DNA of 64,000 bases, taken from assembly GCA_964016885.1 (NCBI GenBank), contig OZ024742.1, positions 1,674,001 through 1,738,000 of the forward strand, read 5' to 3'. Position 1 is the first letter of the stretch; each line of letters begins with the position of its first letter. The position numbers and the translations under genes are program-made. The notes beneath the pieces were generated by a model. The model had not been told where the DNA came from, ran no database searches, and saw only the letters and a list, made by a program, of their open reading frames with translations. Below are positions 1 to 10,077 of this stretch, one piece after another. The stretch is from Eledone cirrhosa (taxonomy: Eukaryota).

Positions 1-7
1 CCTCACA

Positions 8-75
8 CAGGTTTTTCTGGGTCTGCCTATTCTGTGGCTACCGTCTATCTTTATTGCCCTGCACTTTGTTATACA
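8..75 (-). mobile_element. Short RTE LINE (subfamily A) fragment from the ORF C-terminal region
   Basis: Near-identical to 1024-1090 (caggtttttctgggtctgcc...gcactttgttataca); ends in (TA)n. Confidence 0.8.
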
Positions 76-408
76 TATATATATATATATATATTCATAT
101 GTATATATATATTTATATATATATATATATATATTCATATATATATATTCATATGTATATATATATTCATATATATATATATATATATTCATATATATAT
201 ATTCATATGTATATATATATTCATATATATATATATATATTCATATATATATATTCATATATATATATTCATATATATATATATTCATATATATATTCAT
301 ATATATATATATTCATATATATATATATATTCATATATATATATATATATATTCATATATATATATATATATATTCATATATATATATATATTCATATAT
401 ATATATAT
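76..408. repeat. (TA)n microsatellite interrupted by TTC
   Basis: Direct sequence inspection. Confidence 0.95.
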
Positions 409-2438
409 TCATCATCATCATCATCATCATCGTTTAACGTCCGTGTTCCATGCTTGCATGGGTTTGGACGGGAGTTTTCCCACTTGAGGCAAGAGTGGTT
501 GTCTTGCTTGCATAGGACTGTCTGGCGGGTTTTCTACAGTTGGATGCCCTTCCTAACACCAACCACATTTACAGTGTGGGTCTGGGAGGTTTTTACCGTG
601 TTGCCTACACGGCCACATTACAGCGTGGACTGTCTGGCAGGTTTTCTACAGCTGGATGCCCTTCCTAACACCAACCACATTTACAGTGTGGGACTGGGAC
701 GTTTTTACTGTGTTGCCTACACGGTCACATTACAGCGTGGACTGTGTGTTTTTTTTTCGTGACACCTACACGATCTCATTTGTTTCGGCCTGGATTTTGT
801 GGCACCAACATAATTTTACACTGAAAGGGGCGGTGTGGATGGGGTGGGGGTGGTGGGACGGGGGTGTATTTTGTTAGAGATGCCTACTGACTGTAGTAGG
901 TTTTACTTTGTATTTAGGTAATGCGGGTCTTCTCTGTTACTGAGTACCGCCAAAGGTATCGGTCCAGTGACATTGTCTTGGAGAGGTGTAAGTGTGTGAG
1001 GTCGGAATTTATCAGCTTGTCCCAGGTTTTTCTGGGTCTGCCTACTCCGTGGCTACCGTCTATCTTTATTGCCCTGCACTTTGTTATACAGCTGTCGTTT
1101 TTCATGCGCATCACGTGACCATACCAACGTAGCCTTCTCTCGAGTAAACAACATCTGATCCCTCTTATTTCTAATTTTTTTCCTTAGTTCGTTTATGCTT
1201 TGCCGTTCACATATATTACTATTACACATCCAGCGGAGCATGCAAGCTTCGTTCCTCTCTAGTCTGCGTATATCCTCTGCACACAATGCCCAGGTCTCAC
1301 TGCCATGCAACATTGCTGTTCGTATGCAGGCATCATACAACCTGCCTTTCACTTTTAGGGAGAACCCTTTAGCGGCTAATAGTGGTATAAGCTCTCTGAA
1401 CTTTTTCCATCCAGTTCTGACTCTAGCTACTGTACTTTCGGAGCACCCTCCCCCACTGCTGATTTTTTCACCCAGGTAACGGATGCTGTCCACTATTTCT
1501 ATAGAACCCTCTGCGCAGTTGAAAGAGCTAGTATTTTGTGGGCACTTGCTGCTACTTATTGCACCAGAGCACCGGCCACATGTAAAATTTGTGTTCTTAG
1601 TTAGGTTACCTGTGATCCCACTACATCTTTTATGCACCCATACTTTGCATTTGGGACATAAAATGGAGTTTCTACCTACGCCTTTCCTACACACTGAGCA
1701 TGGCCATTTCCCGGAAGAGACCGGCGCCTTATTTTCTTTCCTACAAACTAGAACTTTAGTCTTAGCCATGTTAATTTTAAGGCCTTTTGATTCTAGGCCG
1801 TGCTTCCATGTTTGGAATTTCTTCTCTAGCTCGGCCATTGATTAAGCTATGAGCGTTAGATCATCTGCGTATAGGAGTTCCCATGGGCAGCCGGTCTTGA
1901 ACTCCACTGTTATAGCCTGAAGAGCAATAATGAATAGTAGGGGGCTAAGAACAGAGCCCTGATGGACACCAACTTTTACGCTAAACTCTTCACTATATTC
2001 GTTGTTAATTCTAACCTTGCTCACTGTTTCTTTATACATGGCTTGTATAGCTCTCACAAGCCATTCGTCAACACCTAGTTTTCTAAGAGCCCACCAGATA
2101 ATGGAACAGGGGACTCTGTCGAAGGCTTTCTCCAAGTCGACAAAGGCTAAGTATAGGGGTTTACTTTTAGCTAGGTACTTCTCCTGTAGTTGTCGTACAA
2201 TGAAAAGAGCGTCTGTGGTACTTTTGCCTGACACAAACCCGAACTGCATTTCATCTAGATCGATTCTCTCTCTGATTAGTTGCACTATTACTTTTTCCGT
2301 GACCTTCATGACCTAGTCGATTAATTTAATCCCTCTATAGTTACTCCTATCTAGGGCGTCTCCTTTACCCTTGTAACAGTTAATGATGATGCTGCTACGC
2401 CAGTCCTTCGGAACAACCCCATTCTGTATGACTTGGTT
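409..2438 (-). mobile_element. 5'-truncated, degenerate RTE LINE (subfamily A)
   Basis: RT motifs QFGF, AFVDLEKAFD, GVHQGSVLSPLLF, LLYADD in ORFs 1842-2309 and 1053-1838; stops at ~2314 and 1842; frameshift ~1175; (GAT)n tail at 409-431. Confidence 0.93.
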
Positions 2439-2563
2439 ATCAGTTTAGCGGACGCTTATTATAATGCCGCTTTGTTCATTTGTAAACAAACTGAACAGCC
2501 TGAATTTTATGCCGTACGGTGTTAAGGCAACCACGTCACCTTTTTGTTCAACACTGACACAGG

Positions 2564-2607
2564 AACGATGTACTAGTTTCAAGCTTGTTAGCTATCATCA
2601 GCACCGT
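2564..2607 (-). ncRNA. Minimal type I hammerhead ribozyme
   Basis: Reverse complement reads ACGGUG-CUGAUGA-UAGCU AACA AGCUU-GAAAC UA GUA^CAUCGUU. Confidence 0.8.
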
Positions 2608-2843
2608 ATAACCTTCTGCCAGATAGTTGAACGTTCGAAAGTATATACTTTCCTTCTGAAAATTAACGGCTGAGCAGCCTAATTTGCATACCGAGTGAGT
2701 TAAGTCAGTCAGGCATACCGAAAACGATAAGTTGAAATAAAATGAAAACGAAATTTCATTTCTCACTCTTAGTACGGCACTTACTTAAATGTAAGTATGT
2801 GTGTATACGTACATACAAATATGTATACAGACGTACAGTAGCA

Positions 2844-2889
<46 letters not shown>

Positions 2890-3039
2890 CAGGTACACAT
2901 ACATATATGCACGTATCAGTTTAGCGGACGCTTATTATAACGCCGCTTTGTTCGTTTGTAAACAAACTGAACAGCCTGAATTTTATGCCGTACGGTGTTA
3001 AGGCAACCACGTCACCTTTTTGTTCAACACTGACACCGG

Positions 3040-3084
3040 AACGATGTACTAGTTTCAAGCTTGTTAGCTATCATCAGCACCGTT
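3040..3084 (-). ncRNA. Minimal type I hammerhead ribozyme
   Basis: Same motif as 2564-2607, located at the inversion junction. Confidence 0.8.
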
Positions 3085-3140
3085 AATTTTCATAGGGAAA
3101 GTATATACTTTCGAACGTTCAACTATCTCGCAGATGGGTA

Positions 3141-3185
3141 AACGGTGCTGATGATAGCTAACAAGCTTGAAACTAGTACATCGTT
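3141..3185 (+). ncRNA. Minimal type I hammerhead ribozyme
   Basis: aacggtg CTGATGA tagct aaca agctt GAAAC ta GTA catcgtt; stem I aacggtg/catcgtt; palindromic stem-loop III ACTAGT. Confidence 0.85.
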
Positions 3186-3340
3186 CCTGTGTCAGTGTTG
3201 AACAAAAAGATGACGTGGTTGCCTTAACACCGTATGGCATAAATTCAGGCTGTTCAGTTTGTTGACAAACGAACAAAGCGGCGTTATAATAACCGTCCGC
3301 TAAACTGATGCGTGCATATATGTATGTGTACCTGTATGTG

Positions 3341-3394
<54 letters not shown>

Positions 3395-3628
3395 CTACTG
3401 TACGTCTGTATACATATATGTATGTACGTATACATACATACTTACATTTAAGTAAGTGCCATACTAAGAGTGAGAAATAAAATTTCGTTTTCATTTTATT
3501 TCAACTTATCGTTTTCGGTATGCCTGACCGACTTAACTCACTTGATATGCAAATTAGGCTGCTCAGCCGTTAATTTTCAGAAGGAAAGTATATACTTTCG
3601 AACGTTCAACTATCTGGCAGAAGGGTAT

Positions 3629-3672
3629 ACAGTGCTGATGATAGCTAACAAGCTTGAAACTAGTACACCGTT
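3629..3672 (+). ncRNA. Minimal type I hammerhead ribozyme (stem I variant)
   Basis: acagtg CTGATGA tagctaacaagctt GAAAC ta GTA caccgtt. Confidence 0.75.
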
Positions 3673-3822
3673 CCTGTGTCAGTGTTGAGCAAAAAGGTGA
3701 CGTGGTTGCCTTAACACCGTACGGCATAAAATTCAGGCTGTTCAGTTTGTTTACAAACGAACAAAGCGGCGTTATAATAAGCGTCCGCTAAACTGATACG
3801 TGCATATATGTATGTGTACCTG

Positions 3823-3860
<38 letters not shown>

Positions 3861-4095
3861 TGCTACTGTACGTCTGTATACATATATGTATGTACGTATA
3901 CACACATACTTACATTTAAGTAAGTGCCGTACTAAGAGTGAGAAATGAAATTTCGTTTTCATTTTGTTTCAATTTATCGTTTTCGGTATGCCTGACTGAT
4001 TTAACTCACTCAATATGCAAATTAGGCTGCTCAGCCGTTAATTTTCATAAGGAAAGTATATACTTTCGAACGTTCAACTATCTGGCGGATGGGTA

Positions 4096-4140
4096 AACGG
4101 TGCTGATGATAGCTAACAAGCTTGAAACTAGTACATCGTT
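4096..4140 (+). ncRNA. Minimal type I hammerhead ribozyme
   Basis: Identical to the 3141-3185 motif. Confidence 0.85.
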
Positions 4141-4561
4141 CCTGTGTCAGTGTTGAACAAAAAGGTGACGTGGTTGCCTTAACACCGTATGGCATAAATT
4201 CAGGCTGTTCAGTTTGTTTACAAACGAACAAAGCGACGTTAGCGCCGCTAAACTGATACGTGCATATATGTATGTGTACCTGTATGCATATGTATATATA
4301 TATGTATATATATATATATATGTGCATGCTACTGTACGTCTGTATACATATATGTATGTACGTATACATGCATACTTACATTTAAGTAAGTGCCATACTA
4401 AGAGTGAGAAATGAAATTTCGTTTTCATTTTGTTTCAATTTATCGTTTTCGGTATGCCTGACCGATTTAACTCACTCAATATGCAAATTAGGCTGCTCAG
4501 CCGTTAATTTTCATAAGGAAAGTATATACTTTCGAACGTTCAACTATCTGGCAGATGGGTA

Positions 4562-4606
4562 AACGGTGCTGATGATAGCTAACAAGCTTGAAACTAGTAC
4601 ATCGTT
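4562..4606 (+). ncRNA. Minimal type I hammerhead ribozyme
   Basis: Identical to the 3141-3185 motif. Confidence 0.85.
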
Positions 4607-4847
4607 CCTGTGTCAGTGTTGAACAAAAGGTGACGCGGTTGCCTTAACACCGTATGGCATAAATTCAGGCTGTTCAGTTTGTTTACAAACGAACAAAGCG
4701 ACGTTAGCGCCGCTAAACTGATACGTGCATATATGTATGTGTACCTGTATGCATATGTATATATATATGTATATATATATATATATGTGCATGCTACTGT
4801 ACGTCTGTATACATATATGTATGTACGTATACATGCATACTTACATT

Positions 4848-4952
4848 TATATACATATGAATATATATATATATATATATATACATATGAATATATATAC
4901 ATATGAGTATATATATATATATATATATACATATGAATATATATACATATGA

Positions 4953-4985
<33 letters not shown>

Positions 4986-5040
4986 TATGAATATATATAT
5001 ATATATATATGAATATATATATATATATATATGAATATGA

Positions 5041-5072
<32 letters not shown>

Positions 5073-5431
5073 TATATATATATGAATATATAGACAGGGG
5101 GAAGAAAAAAATGGCTTCACTTGTGCTTTCAACAAATTTATTTTCTTCACAAAATCCCAAAAGAATTTTTTTCCGGATTAGGAAAAATGTTATTATTTTT
5201 TTTTATTTTTTTTATTTTTTATAAATTAAGTCGTTGGTTGTTGGTTAGGAGTTCTTGGTTAACGTAGGAGGTGTTGTTTCGTTTTTAGAAAGACCTTTCA
5301 CGCAGAGGTGCGCTGGGGAGAAACCCGCCCTTGTGAAGCGTATGTATCAGTGGTTCTTAACCGGGGTCTGTATAGAAATTTTTCTAAGTAAAAATAATAT
5401 ATATATATATATTCATATATATATATATATT

Positions 5432-5483
<52 letters not shown>

Positions 5484-5519
5484 TATATATATATATATAT
5501 GAATATATATATATATATA

Positions 5520-5587
<68 letters not shown>

Positions 5588-5659
5588 TATATATATATAT
5601 ATGAATATATATATTTATATATATGAATATATATATATATATGAATATATATATTTATA

Positions 5660-5705
<46 letters not shown>

Positions 5706-5722
5706 AACCAGTAAGACCCCGA

Positions 5723-5762
<40 letters not shown>

Positions 5763-5804
5763 TATATATATATATATGAATATATATATATGAATATATA
5801 TATA

Positions 5805-5840
<36 letters not shown>

Positions 5841-5891
5841 TATATATATATATATATGAATATATATATTCATATATATATATATATATAT
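4848..5891. repeat. (TA)n/GAA-interrupted microsatellite tracts with a short unique island (~5090-5395)
   Basis: Direct inspection. Confidence 0.85.
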
Positions 5892-6180
5892 GAGAGTATT
5901 GAAGTTTGCTTGAAGCATTGTGGAATAATAGGTAAATATCTTTAAGTCGTTTGGAAGCCTCTACAATGCAAATGGGTAAATCTCTGGGTAACAAGATCCG
6001 GTGGTGGAGAGAGAGATGTAAGTGGGTGTACGTTGAGATGCGTGGCGTGTATAAGACGTGTGGAGGAATGAAGGAAAGAGTATAAAGGATAAAATTAAAT
6101 AACAACACAAGAGAGAGTTACCTTGGGAGAGATTTAATTGTCCCTATATATTTCGGATTCACATCCATCAACTGGGGGTT
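5890..6180 (-). mobile_element. Probable pLTR remnant of a Penelope-like element with a degenerate hammerhead (6141-6178)
   Basis: Reverse complement cccc CAGTTGA t ggat gtga atcc GAAAT at ATA ggga, then aattaaa; terminus atgagagtattgaagtttgcttgaagcattgtg recurs at ~32378-32412. Confidence 0.45.
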
Positions 6181-6281
6181 TTTTCCGGGGTGGGGGAAAG
6201 GTTGTCTGTCAGAAAGGTGCGAAACGCGTCCTCCGCTGTTTATTGTTTTGAATATGATATTCAAAACAACAAACAGCGGAG

Positions 6282-6501
6282 GACGAAAGAACTTTGATAA
6301 ACTATATATATGTGTTTGTGTCTATATTGTATCTGTATTATTTTTGACCGTTGGTCAGTCAATGGCAACATTGAGGACCGAATAAATTAGATTACTGATA
6401 TAAAAGACACAGAAGCGAAAAGCGAAAACCAACCAAACAGTGAGTGTGTTCTGTTATTAATTCTGGCAATATTACACAAATATGACCCTCCCCAAGTATA
6501 T

Positions 6502-6505
<4 letters not shown>
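6282..6505 (+). mobile_element. 3' end remnant of a Penelope-like subfamily related to 6632-9820
   Basis: gacgaaagaactttga resembles gacgaaagaactatga (9645-9660); atgaccctccccaagtatatcaatat resembles atgaccctcccaaagtataacaatat (9796-9821). Confidence 0.55.
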
Positions 6506-6556
<51 letters not shown>

Positions 6557-6790
6557 TATATATATATATATATATTTCGTTTCTGAATTTGTTTAGCAAG
6601 ATTCTTTATCTGAAATCGTGTGTTGAAACCGATATTGTTATACTTTGGGAGGGTCATGTTGCCAATAAGAAACACACGCACCAGTTGCTTTCACTTCAAT
6701 TTAATTTAATATATATTTATAAATTTACAAATTTATAAATTTCTGGTTGGTTGGTTGGTTCCACAACCAGATAGTTGTTTATATATATAT

Positions 6791-6835
6791 AGTCATAGTT
6801 CTTTCGTCACACACTCTGTGACCTCTTCAGTGACT
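6791..6835 (-). ncRNA. Minimal type I hammerhead ribozyme in the PLE-1 3' UTR
   Basis: Reverse complement of 9618-9662. Confidence 0.82.
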
Positions 6836-7132
6836 GGGGATTTCTTTCTTCGTTTCTGTGCCTTTCCTTTCTTCTATCCTACGCCATTTTGTTTGTGTGT
6901 GGGTTGCGTGCTCAGTTTGCGCATGCGCCACATCCGGGTGTCTGTGTGTGTTTGTGTTCATTTTTCTATTTTTCTATTTATATTTGTTTGTTTATTTATT
7001 TATTTATTGTTGGTTGGTTGTTTGTTCTATGTGTGTGTGTGTTTTCATTTTGTCTTGTGTGTGTTTTCATTTTGTGTGTGTTTTCAATTGTAAGTTGTTT
7101 GTTCTATGTGTGTGTGTGTTTTCATTTTGTCC

Positions 7133-8566
7133 TTAATTGTAAGTTGTGATGTTGCTGTTCCACTCATATTTTCTATTTAATTTTGGTTTTAATTCTTTTA
7201 TGCTTACTGCCTCTGTAATTTGCCTAAACATTGCGTCTTTCTTGTGTGTGGATTCTATTTTTATTTCTATGCTCTCTAATTTACCCCTGTGTTCTATCTT
7301 AGCATGTTGGTAGAGCACAGATGATTCTTTACTATCTTGGAGGTCTCGCCAGTGTTCATTTATTCGTTCCCCTATACTACGAGCTGTCTCACCTATGTAC
7401 ACTATATTTTTGTTTCTACATTGTCCTTCAGTACATCTTATGCTATATACTACATTTCTAGTTTTACAGTTAATATGGGGGCTTATTTTACAGGTTATAC
7501 ATTTCTTATCTATACATGAGGGTCTTTGGAACGGGTATGTCTTGTTAATAAGTGTTTTTACGGAGGTACCAGGTCTTTCTACTATCTTAATATTGAGATT
7601 ATGTTTCTTTAGGGCCCTTCTAAATTTGTAGGCTAGTTCGCCTCTAGGGGTTGTATTGATGAACATTACACTCTGGTATTTATTGCTATCATACCATGAG
7701 TTTATTCTATTGGCCTTGTTCTTAGTTCTTTCTATTCTATTCCAAAATTTGCTCCTATACAAGGGGCAGGTCCCATTTATGTCATTATTTACCATTTTTT
7801 CCCATTTGGTTCTGGCTCCTTTATACACTCTGATTCTATCTCTCTGATTGTAGCCAGAGAACTGCATACGGTGGATGAAGTGTTGTATGTGTCTCTCTAG
7901 TTCTTCGGGGTTGCACATGCGGGACACATTTCTCATCACCCGTATCAAATCCGCAATCAGTATGTTGATTTTGGTATGGTCCGAAATGGCCGAGTTTCGG
8001 TGGATCAGATGTTTGGAAGTCATGGGTTTGGCATAATGGGAATGGAGGATTTGTTTTTGGTTGTTAATAGTATCTAACCAGAGCTCTGTGTCTAGTACAG
8101 GTAATCGATGGTTGGGGTGTCTACTTGGGTAGTCTATAGTAACTCTAATGCTCTGGTGGATGGAGTTTGCTATTTGCTGGATGCTTTCCATTGTGTTTTT
8201 CTCTGGTTCCTGACTGTTCTTTAGTGGGGGTGTCTTAACTACGATGTTTATATCATCTACGTAGCGGGAGTACATTATCAGGGTTAAGCTGTCTTCTAAT
8301 TGTTCTTTAAGTTTTTGTTTAAGTCTACTGTCCCACCATACCATGAACAAGTTAGCTATGTCGCCTGCAATGCTAACACCAATGGCTGCTCCTTCCTCTT
8401 GGGCATATGTTTTACCATTAAATTTGAACATATGTTCCTTAAGGGTTAATTTTATGCTGGCCCCTACCGCATGTGCAATCATTTTCTTCAGTTCATCGTG
8501 GTTTTCGGGTGTCCGTATGGCTCTGGTCCACCCGTTCCATCTATCTGTGTGGGTTTTCTTGGCCAT
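7133..8566 (-). CDS. Penelope-like RT (partial) + Cys-rich linker + GIY-YIG endonuclease
   Basis: QEEGAAIG...ANLFM, YSRYVDD, LPVLD, CIDKKCITC, NVVYSIRC...VYIGETARSIGERINEH, terminal PKLN. Confidence 0.9.
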   Translation of the reverse strand: MAKKTHTDRWNGWTRAIRTPENHDELKKMIAHAVGASIKLTLKEHMFKFNGKTYAQEEGAAIGVSIAGDIANLFMVWWDSRLKQKLKEQLEDSLTLIMYSRYVDDINIVVKTPPLKNSQEPEKNTMESIQQIANSIHQSIRVTIDYPSRHPNHRLPVLDTELWLDTINNQKQILHSHYAKPMTSKHLIHRNSAISDHTKINILIADLIRVMRNVSRMCNPEELERHIQHFIHRMQFSGYNQRDRIRVYKGARTKWEKMVNNDINGTCPLYRSKFWNRIERTKNKANRINSWYDSNKYQSVMFINTTPRGELAYKFRRALKKHNLNIKIVERPGTSVKTLINKTYPFQRPSCIDKKCITCKISPHINCKTRNVVYSIRCTEGQCRNKNIVYIGETARSIGERINEHWRDLQDSKESSVLYQHAKIEHRGKLESIEIKIESTHKKDAMFRQITEAVSIKELKPKLNRKYEWNSNITTYN

Positions 8567-8650
8567 TGAGGTAATGGTAGGTGGTCTGCCTCTTGCTGGT
8601 CTTGTAGGGCACAGGTTGCTAAGGTCATAAGTGTCTAGGTAACTATTACT

Positions 8651-9813
8651 ATGACATAAATGGGACCTGCCCCTTGTATAGGAGCAAATTTTGGAATAGA
8701 ATAGAAAGAACTAAGAACAAGGCCAATAGAATAAACTCATGGTATGATAGCAATAAATACCAGAGTGTAATGTTCATCAATACAACCCCTAGAGGCGAAC
8801 TAGCCTACAAATTTAGAAGGGCCCTAAAGAAACATAATCTCAATATTAAGATAGTAGAAAGACCTGGTACCTCCGTTAGCAAGACATACCCGTTCCAAAG
8901 ACCCTCATGTATAGATAAGAAATGTATAACCTGTAAAATAAGCCCCCATATTAACTGTAAAACTAGAAATGTAGTATATAGCATAAGATGTACTGAAGGA
9001 CAATGTAGAAACAAAAATATAGTGTACATAGGTGAGACAGCTCGTAGTATAGGGGAACGAATAAATGAACACTGGCGAGACCTCCAAGATAGTAAAGAAT
9101 CATCTGTGCTCTACCAACATGCTAAGATAGAACACAGGGTAAATTAGAGAGCATAGAAATAAAAATAGAATCCACACACAAGAAAGACGCAATGTTTAGG
9201 CAAATTACAGAGGCAGTAAGCATAAAAGAATTAAAACCAAAATTAAATAGAAAATATGAGTGGAACAGCAACATCACAACTTACAATTAAGGACAAAATG
9301 AAAACACACACACACATAGAACAAACAACTTACAATTGAAAACACACACAAAATGAAAACACACACAAGACAAAATGAAAACACACACACACATAGAACA
9401 AACAACCAACCAACAATAAATAAATAAATAAACAAACAAATATAAATAGAAAAATAGAAAAATGAACACAAACACACACAGACACCCGGATGTGGCGCAT
9501 GCGCAAACTGAGGCACGCAACCCACCGCATGCGCAAACTGAGCACGCAACCCACACACAAACAAAATGGCGTAGGATAGAAGAAAGGAAAGGCACAGAAA
9601 CGAAGAAAGAAATCCCCAGTCACTGAAGAGGTCACAGAGTGTGTGACGAAAGAACTATGACTATATGTATATAAACAACTATCTGGTTGTGGAACCAACC
9701 AACCAACCAGAAATTTATAAATTTGTAAATTTATAAATATATATTAAATTAAATTGAAGTGAAAGCAACTGGTGCGTGTGTTTCTTATTGGCAACATGAC
9801 CCTCCCAAAGTAT

Positions 9814-9820
<7 letters not shown>
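8651..9820 (+). mobile_element. Inverted copy of the 3' ~1.15 kb of PLE-1 (GIY-YIG part + 3' UTR)
   Basis: Reverse complement of 6632-7785; ORF 8674-9147 has a 12-bp deletion and a 1-bp frameshift; ~30-bp duplication near 9497-9555. Confidence 0.92.
9618..9662 (+). ncRNA. Minimal type I hammerhead ribozyme
   Basis: agtca CTGAAGA g gtcac agagtgt gtgac GAAAG aa CTA tgact; stem I agtca/tgact. Confidence 0.82.
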
Positions 9821-9866
<46 letters not shown>

Positions 9867-10077
9867 TATATATATGTATATATATTTATATATATATATA
9901 TATATTCATATATATATGTATATATATTTATATATATATATATATTCATATATATATTTATATATATAAATATATTTATATATATGTATATATATTCATA
10001 TATATATATATGTATATATATATTCATATATATATATATATATTTATATATATATTTATATCTATATATATATATAT

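Larger units (their letters stand above)
2439..4847. repeat. Non-coding ~470-490 bp tandem array with one hammerhead ribozyme per unit (retrozyme-like); the first ~1.35 units (2439-3084) are inverted
   Basis: Unit starts at 2439/2915 on the minus-oriented side; hammerhead motifs at 3141/3629/4096/4562 on the plus side; orientation flips at ~3080-3084. Confidence 0.88.
6632..8650 (-). mobile_element. 5'-truncated Penelope-like element (PLE-1)
   Basis: ORF 7133-8566 with RT C-terminal part and GIY-YIG; hammerhead in the 3' UTR. Confidence 0.92.

Noticed and set aside
34-762. Many YI-, CV- and HT-rich ORFs here and throughout the window
   Set aside because: They are translations of (TA)n, (TG)n and (CA)n microsatellites, which lack stop codons
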